In this document: positions 8,256 through 18,099 of the stretch, one piece after another
Numbering within the stretch: the stretch's first letter is position 1
Layout of the letters: each line of letters starts with the position of its first letter
From: an archaeon
GTDB taxonomy: Archaea > Iainarchaeota > Iainarchaeia > Iainarchaeales > GW2011-AR10
Assembly (NCBI GenBank): GCA_030651515.1
Contig: JAUSEO010000005.1
Location: 1-38,708 of the forward strand
Reading direction: 5' to 3'
Length of the DNA: 38,708 nucleotides
Program-made: the position numbers and the translations under genes
Notes under the pieces: model-generated
What the model was told of the DNA's origin: nothing
The model's database searches: none
Seen by the model: the letters and a program-made list of their open reading frames with translations, nothing else

Positions 8256-8705
8256 TTATCCCTTTGATTTTTTCAGTCTCTTCAAGGCAGGAATCTCGAC
8301 ACCGGAGTAATCCACGTTCAGGCCGCAGGCTTTGAGTGCCCTGCGCGTTGCATATGCTTTGCAGAACCCCTGGAGCTCTTTTTGCACATTTTTTTGGAAC
8401 TTTTCAAGGACTGTAACCTCGTTGATTACTGCAGAAATTTTCCGCGTGTTTATTTCCTCAAGCGCGCGTGCAACGTCACCCTTCCCAAAACCAAGCCCGC
8501 TGATTGCAGCGTCGAGTTTTTTCAGGTCAACGGTTTTCCCGAGGTTCTGCTCGATTTTCAGGTCAACTGAAACAGTAAGCCCCGCGAGGAACTCTGCAAC
8601 CACCAATGGGTCGGTCACATCGGTTATTTTCAGTTTCTTGACCGCGACCCAGTCCTCGTAATTCGCTACAAACTGCAGGTATTTTTCATCACTCAAAAGT
8701 CCCAC
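8256..8705 (-). CDS. hypothetical protein at the tail of the ATP synthase operon
   Basis: 149-aa ORF, same strand, 65 nt after atpD and 6 nt before the PAP2 gene. No recognisable motif. Confidence 0.5.
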   Translation of the reverse strand: MGLLSDEKYLQFVANYEDWVAVKKLKITDVTDPLVVAEFLAGLTVSVDLKIEQNLGKTVDLKKLDAAISGLGFGKGDVARALEEINTRKISAVINEVTVLEKFQKNVQKELQGFCKAYATRRALKACGLNVDYSGVEIPALKRLKKSKG

Positions 8706-8770
8706 CCTTTTTTTCCACTTAATGGTTTTTACTTTTTTTTAACCTTATCCTTTGTTGTTTTTTGTTTTTT

Positions 8771-9403
8771 TTAAGCGTTTGCCTCAAGCTTTGCCTTGAT
8801 TGTCTTTAGGGCCATGAATTGTTCGCGCTCCATTTCCTCAAGCCGCATTGAAATGTACCTTGCAGTTGCCCGAAGCTTTGGGATAAGCACATAATCAAGT
8901 GCATTAACCCTTCTTTTGGTTTTCTCAATTTCTTTTATTAAGCGCTTTAAGGCGTTCTCGCTTTCAGCAAGTTTGATTACAAGGTCGAGTGTTTTTTCAA
9001 AATTCTCTGCCGCCTCGTCAATGCGCGCACTTGAAGCAACGACAGGGTAACCGCGCTGTTCAAGGGTTTTTGAAACCGATTCCCCCTTTATTTCCGGGAT
9101 GTTTACCCCCATCACGTTTTTGCTTTTCACTTCAACGCCGGGGGCAGACTTGACGGACATGGCAGTTGATTCAACTTCAAGGACTCCGTCAAAAGCCTGT
9201 GCCAGTGCAAGCGACCTAAACGAGGAAGCAATCTGTTTGTTCAGGTCAGAGCGCAGGTCCTTTGCCTTTTGGAGAATCTTGAAGAACTCAAGAATCAAGA
9301 CGTCCCTTTTCTGTTTGAGCAGCTTGTGCCCGTTTTCCGCCAAGCGGATGCTCTTGCGCGTCTCGATGAGTTCTAGGCGCGTTGTTTTGTTTTCTTCAGC
9401 CAC
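8771..9403 (-). CDS. atpD: A/V-type ATP synthase subunit D
   Basis: 210 aa. The RLELIETRKSIRLAENGHKLLKQKRDVL N-terminus is typical of subunit D. Position is after atpB. Confidence 0.9.
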   Translation of the reverse strand: MAEENKTTRLELIETRKSIRLAENGHKLLKQKRDVLILEFFKILQKAKDLRSDLNKQIASSFRSLALAQAFDGVLEVESTAMSVKSAPGVEVKSKNVMGVNIPEIKGESVSKTLEQRGYPVVASSARIDEAAENFEKTLDLVIKLAESENALKRLIKEIEKTKRRVNALDYVLIPKLRATARYISMRLEEMEREQFMALKTIKAKLEANA

Positions 9404-9421
9404 TCAAAATCACTTTCTTTT

Positions 9422-10810
9422 TTACTTCCTGAATTTTTTTCCGTACTTTTCAATGTACTCTGTCTTTACCCTCTTGAGTTCTGATTCCGGGATTCCTGAC
9501 AACAGTTCCCAGCCAAGGTCGAGAGTTTGTTCAATTGTCCTGTTCTCGTTTTTCCCCTGCCTTATGAACCTGTTTTCAAACTCCTGTGCAAATTTCAAAA
9601 ATTTTTTGTCAATTTCGGAGAGCGCTTCTTCCCCCACAACAGCACTTAGGCTCCTTAAATCCCTGCCTTCTGCATAGGAAGCGTAAATCTGGTCAGCCAC
9701 TCCGCGGTGGTCCTCGCGTGTCTTTCCTTTCCCGATTCCAAGGTTCATGAGCCTTGAAAGGCAAGGCAAAACGTCAATTGGCGGGTAGATTCCTTTTCTG
9801 TGCAGGTCGCGGCCTACAACAATCTGCCCCTCTGTTATGTAGCCAGTGAGGTCTGGGATTGGGTGTGTGATGTCATCAGATGGCATTGAAAGGATTCCAA
9901 GCTGTGTCACGGAACCCTTTTTGCCTTTTATTACTCCTGCTCTCTCATAAATGGATGCAAGGTCAGTGTACATATAACCCGGGTATCCTCTTCTGCCTGG
10001 TACTTCCTTTCTTGCACCTGCAATTTCCCTTAGAGCTTCGCAATAATTCGTCATGTCTGTGAGAATGACAAGCACGTGCATGCCTTTCTCAAACGCGAGG
10101 TACTCTGCGGTCGTCAGAGCCATTCTTGGCGTGATGAGCCTTTCAACCGACGGGTCATCAGCAAGGTTCAAAAACAAAACGCTTTTTTCAAGTGCCCCGG
10201 TGCGCTCAAAGTCCTTGATGAAAAAGTTTGCTTCCTCGTGCGTGATTCCTATTGCGCCAAACACGACTGCAAAACTCTCAGACTCGTTCAAGACTTTTGC
10301 CTGCCGTGCAATCTGGACTGCCAGGTCATTGTGCGGCAAGCCGGCTCCGGAAAAAATCGGGAGTTTCTGCCCCCTTACAAGCGTGTTGAGCCCGTCAATC
10401 GTGCTTATCCCTGTTTGTATGAATTCTTCGGGCTTTGCCCTTGAAACCGGGTTGATTGCCGCGCCGATTATGTCAACCCTTTCTTTTGCAATTATTGCCG
10501 GGCCATTGTCACGCGGTTCCCCCAAACCATTGAATACGCGTCCAAGCATTTCCTCTGAAACGCTTAGCTTTATTGTCTCTCCAAGAAACCTTACCTTTGT
10601 TGCATGGGTGTCAAGGCCTGTGGTTGTTCCAAACACCTGCACGACCGCAAGCCCCTTGGATGTTTCAAGCACCTGGCCTTTCTTTTTTTCGCCGTTTGGG
10701 AGAACAACTTCAACTAGCTCGTTGTAAGCTGCTTTTTCAACTTTGTCCACAAAGACAAGCGGGCCTTCAACGCTTCTGACTGTCTGGTATTCTTTCAGCA
10801 TTTTTTTCAC
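9422..10810 (-). CDS. atpB: A/V-type ATP synthase subunit B
   Basis: 462 aa. Conserved [42 protein letters not shown] and [14 protein letters not shown]. 4-nt overlap with atpA. Confidence 0.97.
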   Translation of the reverse strand: MKKMLKEYQTVRSVEGPLVFVDKVEKAAYNELVEVVLPNGEKKKGQVLETSKGLAVVQVFGTTTGLDTHATKVRFLGETIKLSVSEEMLGRVFNGLGEPRDNGPAIIAKERVDIIGAAINPVSRAKPEEFIQTGISTIDGLNTLVRGQKLPIFSGAGLPHNDLAVQIARQAKVLNESESFAVVFGAIGITHEEANFFIKDFERTGALEKSVLFLNLADDPSVERLITPRMALTTAEYLAFEKGMHVLVILTDMTNYCEALREIAGARKEVPGRRGYPGYMYTDLASIYERAGVIKGKKGSVTQLGILSMPSDDITHPIPDLTGYITEGQIVVGRDLHRKGIYPPIDVLPCLSRLMNLGIGKGKTREDHRGVADQIYASYAEGRDLRSLSAVVGEEALSEIDKKFLKFAQEFENRFIRQGKNENRTIEQTLDLGWELLSGIPESELKRVKTEYIEKYGKKFRK

Positions 10811-12567
10811 CTTTCCGCACTCTTTGCCAAAGAATCAAACTCTGATTCAATCTCGTTTGAAATCTCTTTTGCCTTTTTGTCAACGTCGCTTTCCGGGATT
10901 TCCTTGAACCTGGAAATTTTTTCCTTTGCTTTGAGGCCCCTTAGTGACTTTAACTGCACTCCGGCGTCAATTGCATGCTCTGCTTTTTCGTGGAACTTCA
11001 TAATCAATCCAAGGAGCATGTATTGCTTGTGGAGTGAAGAATAAGTGTCCACCTCATGATATGCTGACTGCTGCAGGAAATCCTCCCGAATCATTTTTGC
11101 AGCGCTTAAAACCTCCTGTTCTTTTTCCGGCAAAGCGTCAGGGCCAACAAGCTGTACTATTTCCTGTAACTCTGACTCTTTTTGCAGTATTGCCATGGCA
11201 TTTGTCCTCATTGCAACAAAATCGCTTGAAACATTGTTTGCGTAAAACTCTCCAAGCGTGTCCAAATAAAGTGAATAGCTTTTGAGCCAGTTGATTGCAG
11301 GAAAGTGCCTTCTTTGCGCAAGCTTTGCGTCAAGTGCCCAAAAAACCTTTGTGACACGCAGTGTATTTTGGGAGACTGGTTCGCTTATGTCCCCGCCCGG
11401 AGGCGACACTGCCCCAATTGTGCTCACGCTTCCCTCGCGGCTGTCTTGCCCAATGCATACAACTCTTCCGGACCTTTCATAAAATTCTGCAAGCCTTCTT
11501 GCAAGGTATGCCGGGTATCCTTCCTCTCCTGGCATTTCTTCAAGGCGGCCGGAAATTTCCCTCATTGCCTCTGCCCACCTTGAAGTAGAGTCAGCCATTA
11601 ATGCAACGTCGTAGCCCATGTCCCTGTAATACTCTGCAATCGTTATTCCAGTGTACACGGAGGCTTCCCTTGCCGCAACAGGCATGTTTGAAGTGTTTGC
11701 AATAAGCACTGTCCTCTCCATGAGTGGTTTTCCACTCTTTGGGTCAACGAGTTCGGGGAACTCTGTCAACACTTCTGTCATTTCGTTTCCCCGCTCTCCG
11801 CAACCCACGTAGACTATGACGTTTGCGTCGCTCCACTTTGCAAGCTGCTGCTGTGCAACAGTTTTTCCTGAACCAAAAGGGCCTGGGATTGCTGCTGCAC
11901 CGCCTTTTGCTATCGGGAAAAAAGTGTCAAGAATCCGCTGGCCGGTAATAAGCGGGATTGTTGGGGCAAATTTTCTCGCGTATGGGCGCGGGGTCTTGAC
12001 GTTCCATTTGTGCATGAGTGAAAGCTTGTGGGTTGTTTTCCCGTCCTTGAGCACGCACACTGTTTCTTCTACAGTGAATTTTCCCGAACTAATTGATTCA
12101 ACTGTCCCCTTCATTCCGGGCGGCACCATTATTTTGTGTTCAATGATGTTTGTTTCCTGCACGGTTCCGATTACGTCGCCGGCTCCGAGTGCCGCTCCTT
12201 TTTTTGCTTTCGGTGAAAACTCCCACTTTTTTTTCCTGTCCAGGGCATTTGCAACGACTCCCCTTTTGATGAAGTCGCCTGACTCTGCCTTGATTGCTTC
12301 AAGTGGCCGCTGGATTCCGTCATAAATTGACTTCAACAGGCCCGGCCCAAGCTCAACGCTTAAAGGAAGGCCGGTGTTTTCAATCTTTTCACCAGGCCTT
12401 AAACCTGACGTGTCCTCGTAAACCTGTATCGTGGCCTTGTCATCGTTTAGCCTGATTATTTCCCCCAAGAGCCTTTCCTCCCCGACTCTCACGAGGTCAT
12501 GGATTTTTGCACCCTGCATTTTTTCCGCAACAACAACTGGCCCTGAAATCTTGAACAGTTCTCCCAT
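10807..12567 (-). CDS. atpA: A/V-type ATP synthase catalytic subunit A
   Basis: 586 aa. Walker [10 protein letters not shown], plus [15 protein letters not shown] and [22 protein letters not shown]. No intein. Confidence 0.97.
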   Translation of the reverse strand: MGELFKISGPVVVAEKMQGAKIHDLVRVGEERLLGEIIRLNDDKATIQVYEDTSGLRPGEKIENTGLPLSVELGPGLLKSIYDGIQRPLEAIKAESGDFIKRGVVANALDRKKKWEFSPKAKKGAALGAGDVIGTVQETNIIEHKIMVPPGMKGTVESISSGKFTVEETVCVLKDGKTTHKLSLMHKWNVKTPRPYARKFAPTIPLITGQRILDTFFPIAKGGAAAIPGPFGSGKTVAQQQLAKWSDANVIVYVGCGERGNEMTEVLTEFPELVDPKSGKPLMERTVLIANTSNMPVAAREASVYTGITIAEYYRDMGYDVALMADSTSRWAEAMREISGRLEEMPGEEGYPAYLARRLAEFYERSGRVVCIGQDSREGSVSTIGAVSPPGGDISEPVSQNTLRVTKVFWALDAKLAQRRHFPAINWLKSYSLYLDTLGEFYANNVSSDFVAMRTNAMAILQKESELQEIVQLVGPDALPEKEQEVLSAAKMIREDFLQQSAYHEVDTYSSLHKQYMLLGLIMKFHEKAEHAIDAGVQLKSLRGLKAKEKISRFKEIPESDVDKKAKEISNEIESEFDSLAKSAER

Positions 12568-12585
12568 TTTCCAAACCCCTCTTTC

Positions 12586-12912
12586 TCATTTTATAAGCTC
12601 AAATCCAAGCGCGCGCGCAATGAGTGCCTTAAGTGACTCTGCTTCACTGCTTGGGCCTCTTTTATCCGGAACCGCAATGACTACCGGCTTTGCAATCCTT
12701 TCAATGCTTTTTCCCAGCCTAAAGTCAAGTTCCTGCACAAGCCGTTCATTGATTATGACAATTCCTGCTTTCTGTTCCCCGATTATTTCAGAGAGCTTTT
12801 TTTCTGCTTCCCGCCCTTCCAGTGGATAAGCTTCCCGTACTCCGGCAAGCCGAAAGCCGGTGCAGGTCTCCGCATCCCCGATTACAACAATGTTTTGTTT
12901 TTCAGCCGTCAA
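12586..12912 (-). CDS. atpF: A/V-type ATP synthase subunit F
   Basis: 108 aa. The VVIGDAETCTGFRLAGV motif and operon position fit subunit F. 4-nt overlap with atpC. Confidence 0.85.
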   Translation of the reverse strand: MTAEKQNIVVIGDAETCTGFRLAGVREAYPLEGREAEKKLSEIIGEQKAGIVIINERLVQELDFRLGKSIERIAKPVVIAVPDKRGPSSEAESLKALIARALGFELIK

Positions 12913-14036
12913 GTGACCACCACTATTTTCCTGATTTCTTCAGGCGAAAAGCCAAACTCTTTGGTGCGCACGATTTTTCTCACGTCGCTTATTTCTTTTT
13001 CTTTGAGGAACAAAAAGCCAACGATTGCCGAAAGGGACAAAATGCTCCTGCGAAGTTCAGCCAGGCCCTTTGCGGAAATGCTTTGTTCAAGTGCATTCTC
13101 AAAATGCGTAAGGGAAGGGCTTTTTTTGTAGTCTTCAAGGGCGCCTGACAAGTCAAAGGCTTTCTGCAATTTTACAGCTTCTTCAACAAAGTTTGCAGAA
13201 CCAATTTTTTCAAGTTCACTCCTTGATAATTTCCCGCCCTCTATAAGCATTCCGCTTATTTTTTTGGCGTCAAAGCCCTCTTTTTTTCCGCGCAAAATAG
13301 TCATGATGTTTTTTGCATCGGTTTCAGCGTCAAGCATTGACTTCACTGTTTTTCCAATGTCAGCGGAAACCCTGTTTGCCTCTGCTGCCTTTTTGTGATA
13401 GCGCGATTCAAGGGCAGAAACAAGATTTTCTATTTCCTGGTTTTTTTCGTACTCTGAAACCTTTTGGGCGAGAACTGAATAATAATCACTGTTTTTGAGT
13501 TTTTCCACGAGCTCTTTCACGCCTGGTGACTCTGCAAGAGAGTTAAGGCTTGCCCTGCTGAAGCCCGGTGACTCGATAAGCAGGAGCTTTATTTTTTCTT
13601 TTGGCTCGCGAAGATGAATCCCCAAAAGAAGGTTTTTGATGTTGAGGACATCATACCTTTCAAAAACCCTGCTTATTTTTTCGGAATCGCTTTTTGGCGC
13701 GATTTTCACGAGCTTTTTCAGTGTCCGCGAAAAGTTTTTTGTCAAAGATAGTTCCACCAGGTCAGCGCGTGAAAAAGAAACAGCTTCTTCCATAATGTCG
13801 TGAGAATAAGCAGTTTTTGAAAGCAAGCCCACTATTTCCTGGATGTTTTTTGCCTCGATGAGTGACTCAATCTCTTTTTTTGTCAAAAGCGTTGCACGCA
13901 TTGCCTTTGTCCTGGAATTGGCATACCCATACCTGACTGACCTGTATGCAAGCGTTTTCCTAAAAATTGCCGACAGATTGGAAACAGTTTTTGCTGCTGT
14001 TTTTGGCAAATAACCTGTGTGTGTTTGTATGGTCAT
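12909..14036 (-). CDS. atpC: A/V-type ATP synthase subunit C (d-like)
   Basis: 375 aa, helical. YGYANSRTKAMRATLL is the typical N-terminus. Operon position fits; 4-nt overlap with atpE. Confidence 0.85.
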   Translation of the reverse strand: MTIQTHTGYLPKTAAKTVSNLSAIFRKTLAYRSVRYGYANSRTKAMRATLLTKKEIESLIEAKNIQEIVGLLSKTAYSHDIMEEAVSFSRADLVELSLTKNFSRTLKKLVKIAPKSDSEKISRVFERYDVLNIKNLLLGIHLREPKEKIKLLLIESPGFSRASLNSLAESPGVKELVEKLKNSDYYSVLAQKVSEYEKNQEIENLVSALESRYHKKAAEANRVSADIGKTVKSMLDAETDAKNIMTILRGKKEGFDAKKISGMLIEGGKLSRSELEKIGSANFVEEAVKLQKAFDLSGALEDYKKSPSLTHFENALEQSISAKGLAELRRSILSLSAIVGFLFLKEKEISDVRKIVRTKEFGFSPEEIRKIVVVT

Positions 14037-14611
14037 TTTTTCCCCTTTTCCGTGAACAATTCCAAAAAAACATCTCTTTTGAGCGCGTCCTTGTTTTGTT
14101 CAAAGATGGCTTCAAAAGAGTTGTCCACCCTTATCCTGCCATCCCTGGTTGAGACAATTGCCCCCCCGCTGATTGGCGCGCTTTCCTTTGACACGGATGC
14201 AAAAAGTTTTTTTGCAGCCGCATGGTCTTTTTCATTCACGATTATGATGCTGTCTTTTCCCAGTTCTTTTTGCCCTTCTTCGGCAAGTTTTTTGAGGAGC
14301 TTTTCGTACTGCCTGGAGTTTCCTGCCAAGCACATTTCCCCAAAAACAACTACAAGTGCTTTTTCCACTGCCGCGTTTTTTTCCCCGTCAATTATTTGCT
14401 TTGCGCGGATTGAAGCTGCACTGATTATTTCCATTTTTTGCCTCTCGGACAACTCTTGTGCTTTTTTGCGTGCCTGCGCCAAAACCTGTTTTTTTTCCTC
14501 TTCGGCTTCAGAAAGGATTCTTTCTTTTTCTTTTTCTGCACGCAAAATGACTGCATTTGCCTCTTTTTTTGCGTCCGACAACAATTGCCTGCTTAGCTGT
14601 TCAAGGCTCAT
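14033..14611 (-). CDS. atpE: A/V-type ATP synthase subunit E
   Basis: 192 aa with a charged coiled-coil N-terminus and a globular C-terminus. Operon position fits. Confidence 0.8.
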   Translation of the reverse strand: MSLEQLSRQLLSDAKKEANAVILRAEKEKERILSEAEEEKKQVLAQARKKAQELSERQKMEIISAASIRAKQIIDGEKNAAVEKALVVVFGEMCLAGNSRQYEKLLKKLAEEGQKELGKDSIIIVNEKDHAAAKKLFASVSKESAPISGGAIVSTRDGRIRVDNSFEAIFEQNKDALKRDVFLELFTEKGKK

Positions 14612-14638
14612 TCAACGAACTCCATTCTTTTTCCAAAG

Positions 14639-14666
14639 AAAAAAATTTTTTTTTTGGGGGGGGGGG
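14639..14666. repeat. compound homopolymer A7-T10-G11 in the atpK-atpE spacer
   Basis: Read directly: aaaaaaa tttttttttt ggggggggggg. On the coding (minus) sense this is C11-A10-T7. Confidence 0.9.
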
Positions 14667-14685
14667 GCACTGCCTTTTTCCATGC

Positions 14686-14922
14686 TCAGGCTGCTGCAAC
14701 CTGGAACGTCAAAAGCAGTGCTATTACGAAACCCAAAATAACGATTGTTTCTGGTATTGCAAGCCAGATTATGAGCTTTGTTGCCTGGTCCGGCCTTTCT
14801 GCTATTGTACCCATGGCGCTTGAACCGATTGCTGACTGCGCCCAAGCTGTTGCAAGGGCAGCTCCAGCCATTGCAAGCCCTGCACCAATGGCTATTCCTG
14901 CTGGTCCTTCTAATAATACCAT
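14686..14922 (-). CDS. atpK: A/V-type ATP synthase proteolipid subunit K (c)
   Basis: 78 aa, two TM helices, Gly/Ala-rich helix 1, ion-binding Glu in LAIPETIVILG. Confidence 0.9.
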   Translation of the reverse strand: MVLLEGPAGIAIGAGLAMAGAALATAWAQSAIGSSAMGTIAERPDQATKLIIWLAIPETIVILGFVIALLLTFQVAAA

Positions 14923-14926
14923 GTTT

Positions 14927-16837
14927 TTACCTCCCTTTTGAAAACTTTCTTTTCACCCTAAAAGGCGAGAATTCACGCCCGCCCCCGGAATAAAACTTTG
15001 AAAAGAATTCAACGTAATTAAGCCTTGCCCCCTGTATAAGCCCCTCAAACATCCCCAAAAAAGTATTGAACGCATGGCCAAATAAAAATATCGGCAAAGA
15101 AATCAGGAAAAACACGACCCCGTTTTCAAGAGAAGGAAAAACCAGGTCATTGATTGTGGCAGCCACTACCACGCTTGCAAGGCCAACTGCAAGAATCCTT
15201 GCAAAAGACAAAATGTTTCCGGCAACACTTGGAATCTCAATCAAGGCAACCATTCCCTCTGCCTTGACAATCACTGCCAAAGAAGCCAAAAAACCAACGA
15301 TTGCAGCAGTTCCAACCAAACCGTCAGTGCCAAGCGCAACAGATGCAAGCAAAGCAGTCCCAGAAACCAGGAGCGTTATCCATGCAAGCTTTCCAATTGC
15401 ATGGCTCTTGTTGCCTTCCCGCAACGAGCGGACAAAACCGAGGAAAAAACCAAGCGAAATTATGACAAAGCCAAGCCCAATTGTAAGCATGAGGACTTCC
15501 TGAATATTATGCAGCCGCTCCAAGCCATGGTAAATTGGCTCAATGTGCAGGCCAAATTTTTCCGCCAAGTGGACGTGCGAAAAGCCAAAGTACTCGTCAA
15601 AAAAAACCCCGAAAAAAATGCTTGGAACTGCAGCAACAGCCCAAATGGCTGCAATCGGCCGCAACAGGCCGTCTGGTGCAGAAACTCTCATCAAAAGAAA
15701 CGCAAACAAAATCGAAAGCAAGCCATACCCAACGTCCCCAAGCATCATCCCATAAACAATTGGGAAAACAAACGCAAAAACAATTGTGGGGTCAATGTCA
15801 GAACTCTTTGGAAGGGAGACAAACCTCGTCATGAACTCAAACGCCCCAAGCTGTGGCGGGTTCTCAAGCAAAGTCGGAACATCATCACTTTCCCCGTGCA
15901 TTTCATGCTTTGAGGCCTTTTCGACAAAAACCCGCTCCCCAAATTTTCCAGAGAGAACCACGAAGAGTTTTTCAAAGTCTTTTTCCGGAACAAATGCTTC
16001 AAGCACAAACAAGTCCTCTGTCCGTCCAAACCTTGAAGAAACCAGGGCCTCTTCACTCTCAATTTCCAGCACTTCTGCAAGAAAACACACGTCTGCATAG
16101 TGCTCTTTTGAAACAGCCAAAAGCTGTTTTTCAAGCCCAAGAAGTTTTTCCTCAATTTCATGTATTTCTTCGCGTACCCCCGCAAGCACTATCGCGGGTT
16201 TTCCTGAAATCCGCGGCAGGGCTTCCAGGGCTCCGCCGTTTTTTTCAAGCAGTGACCTGACTTGTGCTTCCTTGCTTTTTTCAAAGGCAATTATTGCAAG
16301 CACGTTTTCTTTGTCAACCTCTTTTTCAGTTGATTCAAAACCCACTTTGTGGCCTTCAAGCTCTTTTGTGAAAACGTGGTAATTGTTTTTCTGAAAACGC
16401 GCAGCAACAAGGCCAACAATGCCTGACTCTGGAAGCCCTGAAAAATCCAGGCTGAATTTTGAAAAAGTGGCCACGTTTTTTTCCGTGTCCAAAAGCCCCT
16501 GTTTTTTTGACAAGAGCAATTCTTTTTGTTCCCTGATTTTTGCAATTTTTTCAGCCACTCCGAGCTTTCTTGCCCCGTTTAACGCCTGTGCAACACCCAC
16601 TGCAGGCCGTGTTTTTTCAACCCTTGTTTCGGGAAGCGCTTTTTTGATTGCAGAAAGCTTCACGAGTTCTTCTGAAACTTCTGCAAAGAGCTCAAGTGAC
16701 GTTTCTTTCCGAAAGTTTTCAAGGGAAATTTCCTTCACTTCAGCAAGCCCCGCCTCGTGCAGGGTTTTCACAAAATCAGGCAACTGTTTTCTTATCCCAA
16801 CAATGCGCGCCTTTGACATTTTTGCCGGAAAAAACAT
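14927..16837 (-). CDS. atpI: A/V-type ATP synthase subunit I (a)
   Basis: 636 aa with a soluble N-terminal half and a polytopic C-terminal half. Conserved SFARILAVGLAS (essential Arg region). Confidence 0.9.
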   Translation of the reverse strand: MFFPAKMSKARIVGIRKQLPDFVKTLHEAGLAEVKEISLENFRKETSLELFAEVSEELVKLSAIKKALPETRVEKTRPAVGVAQALNGARKLGVAEKIAKIREQKELLLSKKQGLLDTEKNVATFSKFSLDFSGLPESGIVGLVAARFQKNNYHVFTKELEGHKVGFESTEKEVDKENVLAIIAFEKSKEAQVRSLLEKNGGALEALPRISGKPAIVLAGVREEIHEIEEKLLGLEKQLLAVSKEHYADVCFLAEVLEIESEEALVSSRFGRTEDLFVLEAFVPEKDFEKLFVVLSGKFGERVFVEKASKHEMHGESDDVPTLLENPPQLGAFEFMTRFVSLPKSSDIDPTIVFAFVFPIVYGMMLGDVGYGLLSILFAFLLMRVSAPDGLLRPIAAIWAVAAVPSIFFGVFFDEYFGFSHVHLAEKFGLHIEPIYHGLERLHNIQEVLMLTIGLGFVIISLGFFLGFVRSLREGNKSHAIGKLAWITLLVSGTALLASVALGTDGLVGTAAIVGFLASLAVIVKAEGMVALIEIPSVAGNILSFARILAVGLASVVVAATINDLVFPSLENGVVFFLISLPIFLFGHAFNTFLGMFEGLIQGARLNYVEFFSKFYSGGGREFSPFRVKRKFSKGR

Positions 16838-16844
16838 TTTTCAA

Positions 16845-17162
16845 TCACTCCAAAAACTTTTGAGCCAGTTTTTTTGCAGTTTCCACTGAAATAACCCTGC
16901 CCCTGATTTTTTCTGCTTCAGTTTGCGCCTTTTTGAGGATTTTTTTTTCTTCCAAAAGCGCTTCCTCACGTGCCCGTGCAAGCTCGTCATTCTGCAGTTT
17001 TACCGTGTCGTCCCATGATTTTTCAGCGATTTTTTGGGCCTTCAAATGAGCTTCCTTGAGGATTTCCCCCGCACGGTTTTGTGCTTCAAGCAGGGCTTTT
17101 TGCTTTTCCTTTTCCACCTTGCTTAAATCAGACAATTTCTCAAAAAAAGCGCTTTCGTGCAT
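16845..17162 (-). CDS. atpH: A/V-type ATP synthase subunit H (G-like stalk)
   Basis: 105-aa charged coiled coil, first gene of the atpHIKECFABD order. TTTAAAAAT box at 17210..17218, about 50 nt upstream. Confidence 0.65.
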   Translation of the reverse strand: MHESAFFEKLSDLSKVEKEKQKALLEAQNRAGEILKEAHLKAQKIAEKSWDDTVKLQNDELARAREEALLEEKKILKKAQTEAEKIRGRVISVETAKKLAQKFLE

Positions 17163-17267
17163 AAAAAAACCGTTTTCAGGCTCACCAATAGACTTCGAGC
17201 AAAAATAGGTTTAAAAATAATTTGGAGGGTTTTTTCGCTATTTGCCCAAAAAAAGCCTTTTTTTCAT

Positions 17268-17501
17268 TCATTTCTTTGCCGGGGTGAAAAAAGCTTTCCT
17301 TGCCTTGGCCCTCAAAACCAAAAACGCAGCCAAAATCACGAGCATTAAAGCCGCAAAAACACCCGGGACCTGCCCCCCCGAAAGCCACTCAAACTTATAG
17401 CTAACCGCAAGCAAAAAAACCACGAAAAGAGCTATAGGCAGCAAAACCAGGGCTGCAAAGGCCGAGGCAAAAAAACCAGTGGATTTATCTTGTTCATTCA
17501 T
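17268..17501 (-). CDS. hypothetical two-TM membrane protein
   Basis: 77-aa ORF with two long hydrophobic segments, upstream of atpH. Confidence 0.45.
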   Translation of the reverse strand: MNEQDKSTGFFASAFAALVLLPIALFVVFLLAVSYKFEWLSGGQVPGVFAALMLVILAAFLVLRAKARKAFFTPAKK

Positions 17502-17537
17502 ACAAAAAAGAGGTAATAATAGTTTTTCTTAAAATAA

Positions 17538-17629
17538 CATATAGCAAACCGCTTATATTTTTGGACTTTTTATTGCGGTTTGTTATATGCAAAAAGCAAT
17601 TCAAATGTTCAAATGCATCTGCTTTTTGC
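17538..17629. other. two tandem long hairpins / inverted repeats
   Basis: CATATAGCAAACCGC (17538..17552) pairs with GCGGTTTGTTATATG (17575..17589): 15 bp with one G-T. GCAAAAAGCA (17589..17598) pairs with TGCTTTTTGC (17620..17629): 10 bp. Confidence 0.7.
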
Positions 17630-17686
17630 TATAGTTGGTAACCCTATGTGCCGAAAAAGGGATTCACTCCACCACTTTCAAACCTC

Positions 17687-17812
17687 TTAAAAACCGAATA
17701 TTGTCCATCCTGGATGCATTGCTTTCTGCATTGCAATGTAAGCGCCAACAAAGACAAGTATCCAGAATCCGTTCTTTGCCAGGGGTTTGTATTTTTTCCA
17801 GTCTAGTGGCAT
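17687..17812 (-). CDS. hypothetical 41-aa membrane peptide
   Basis: MPLDWKKYKPLAKNGFWILVFVGAYIAMQKAMHPGWTIFGF. Its ATG overlaps the stop of the upstream 83-aa gene by 10 nt. The longer track ORF (to 17995) is judged a shadow of the overlapping gene. Confidence 0.35.
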   Translation of the reverse strand: MPLDWKKYKPLAKNGFWILVFVGAYIAMQKAMHPGWTIFGF

Positions 17813-18054
17813 GATTTTCCCTCTTTTGAGCCAAAGTAAGCCATTACTATGTGCGAGCCAACGCATGCAGCCAAAGCCAGGCCATAAACCCACCAGCCAG
17901 TAAAACCAAACAATTGCAGCACTATTATTAGAATTACTGGCAGCATGCAACAGATTGCCATTTGGGCGAAATGATTTGACTTTATGTCGTTCCAAATTTT
18001 TCCAAGCATTGGGTATTTCCTCCTTTTACTGTTCTGGCAGTGCTGTTTCAACAA
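17803..18054 (-). CDS. DUF2933-like small membrane protein
   Basis: QMAICCMLPVILIIVLQLFG resembles the CC-containing helix of DUF2933 proteins. C-terminal SCH. An internal ATG (MLGKIW) may be the true start. Confidence 0.45.
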   Translation of the reverse strand: MLKQHCQNSKRRKYPMLGKIWNDIKSNHFAQMAICCMLPVILIIVLQLFGFTGWWVYGLALAACVGSHIVMAYFGSKEGKSCH

Positions 18055-18099
18055 CTTTGTTTTTGCTCAAGTCCAAGTATTTGAGCCCCTTTAACACAT

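Noticed and set aside
9099-16889. Many long plus-strand ORFs across the ATP synthase operon, for example 10053..10727, 11816..12325, 14019..14741, 15066..15503, 16419..16889.
   Set aside because: They are antisense shadows of strongly supported minus-strand atp genes. They have low-complexity Ser/Pro/Cys-rich translations and no motifs.
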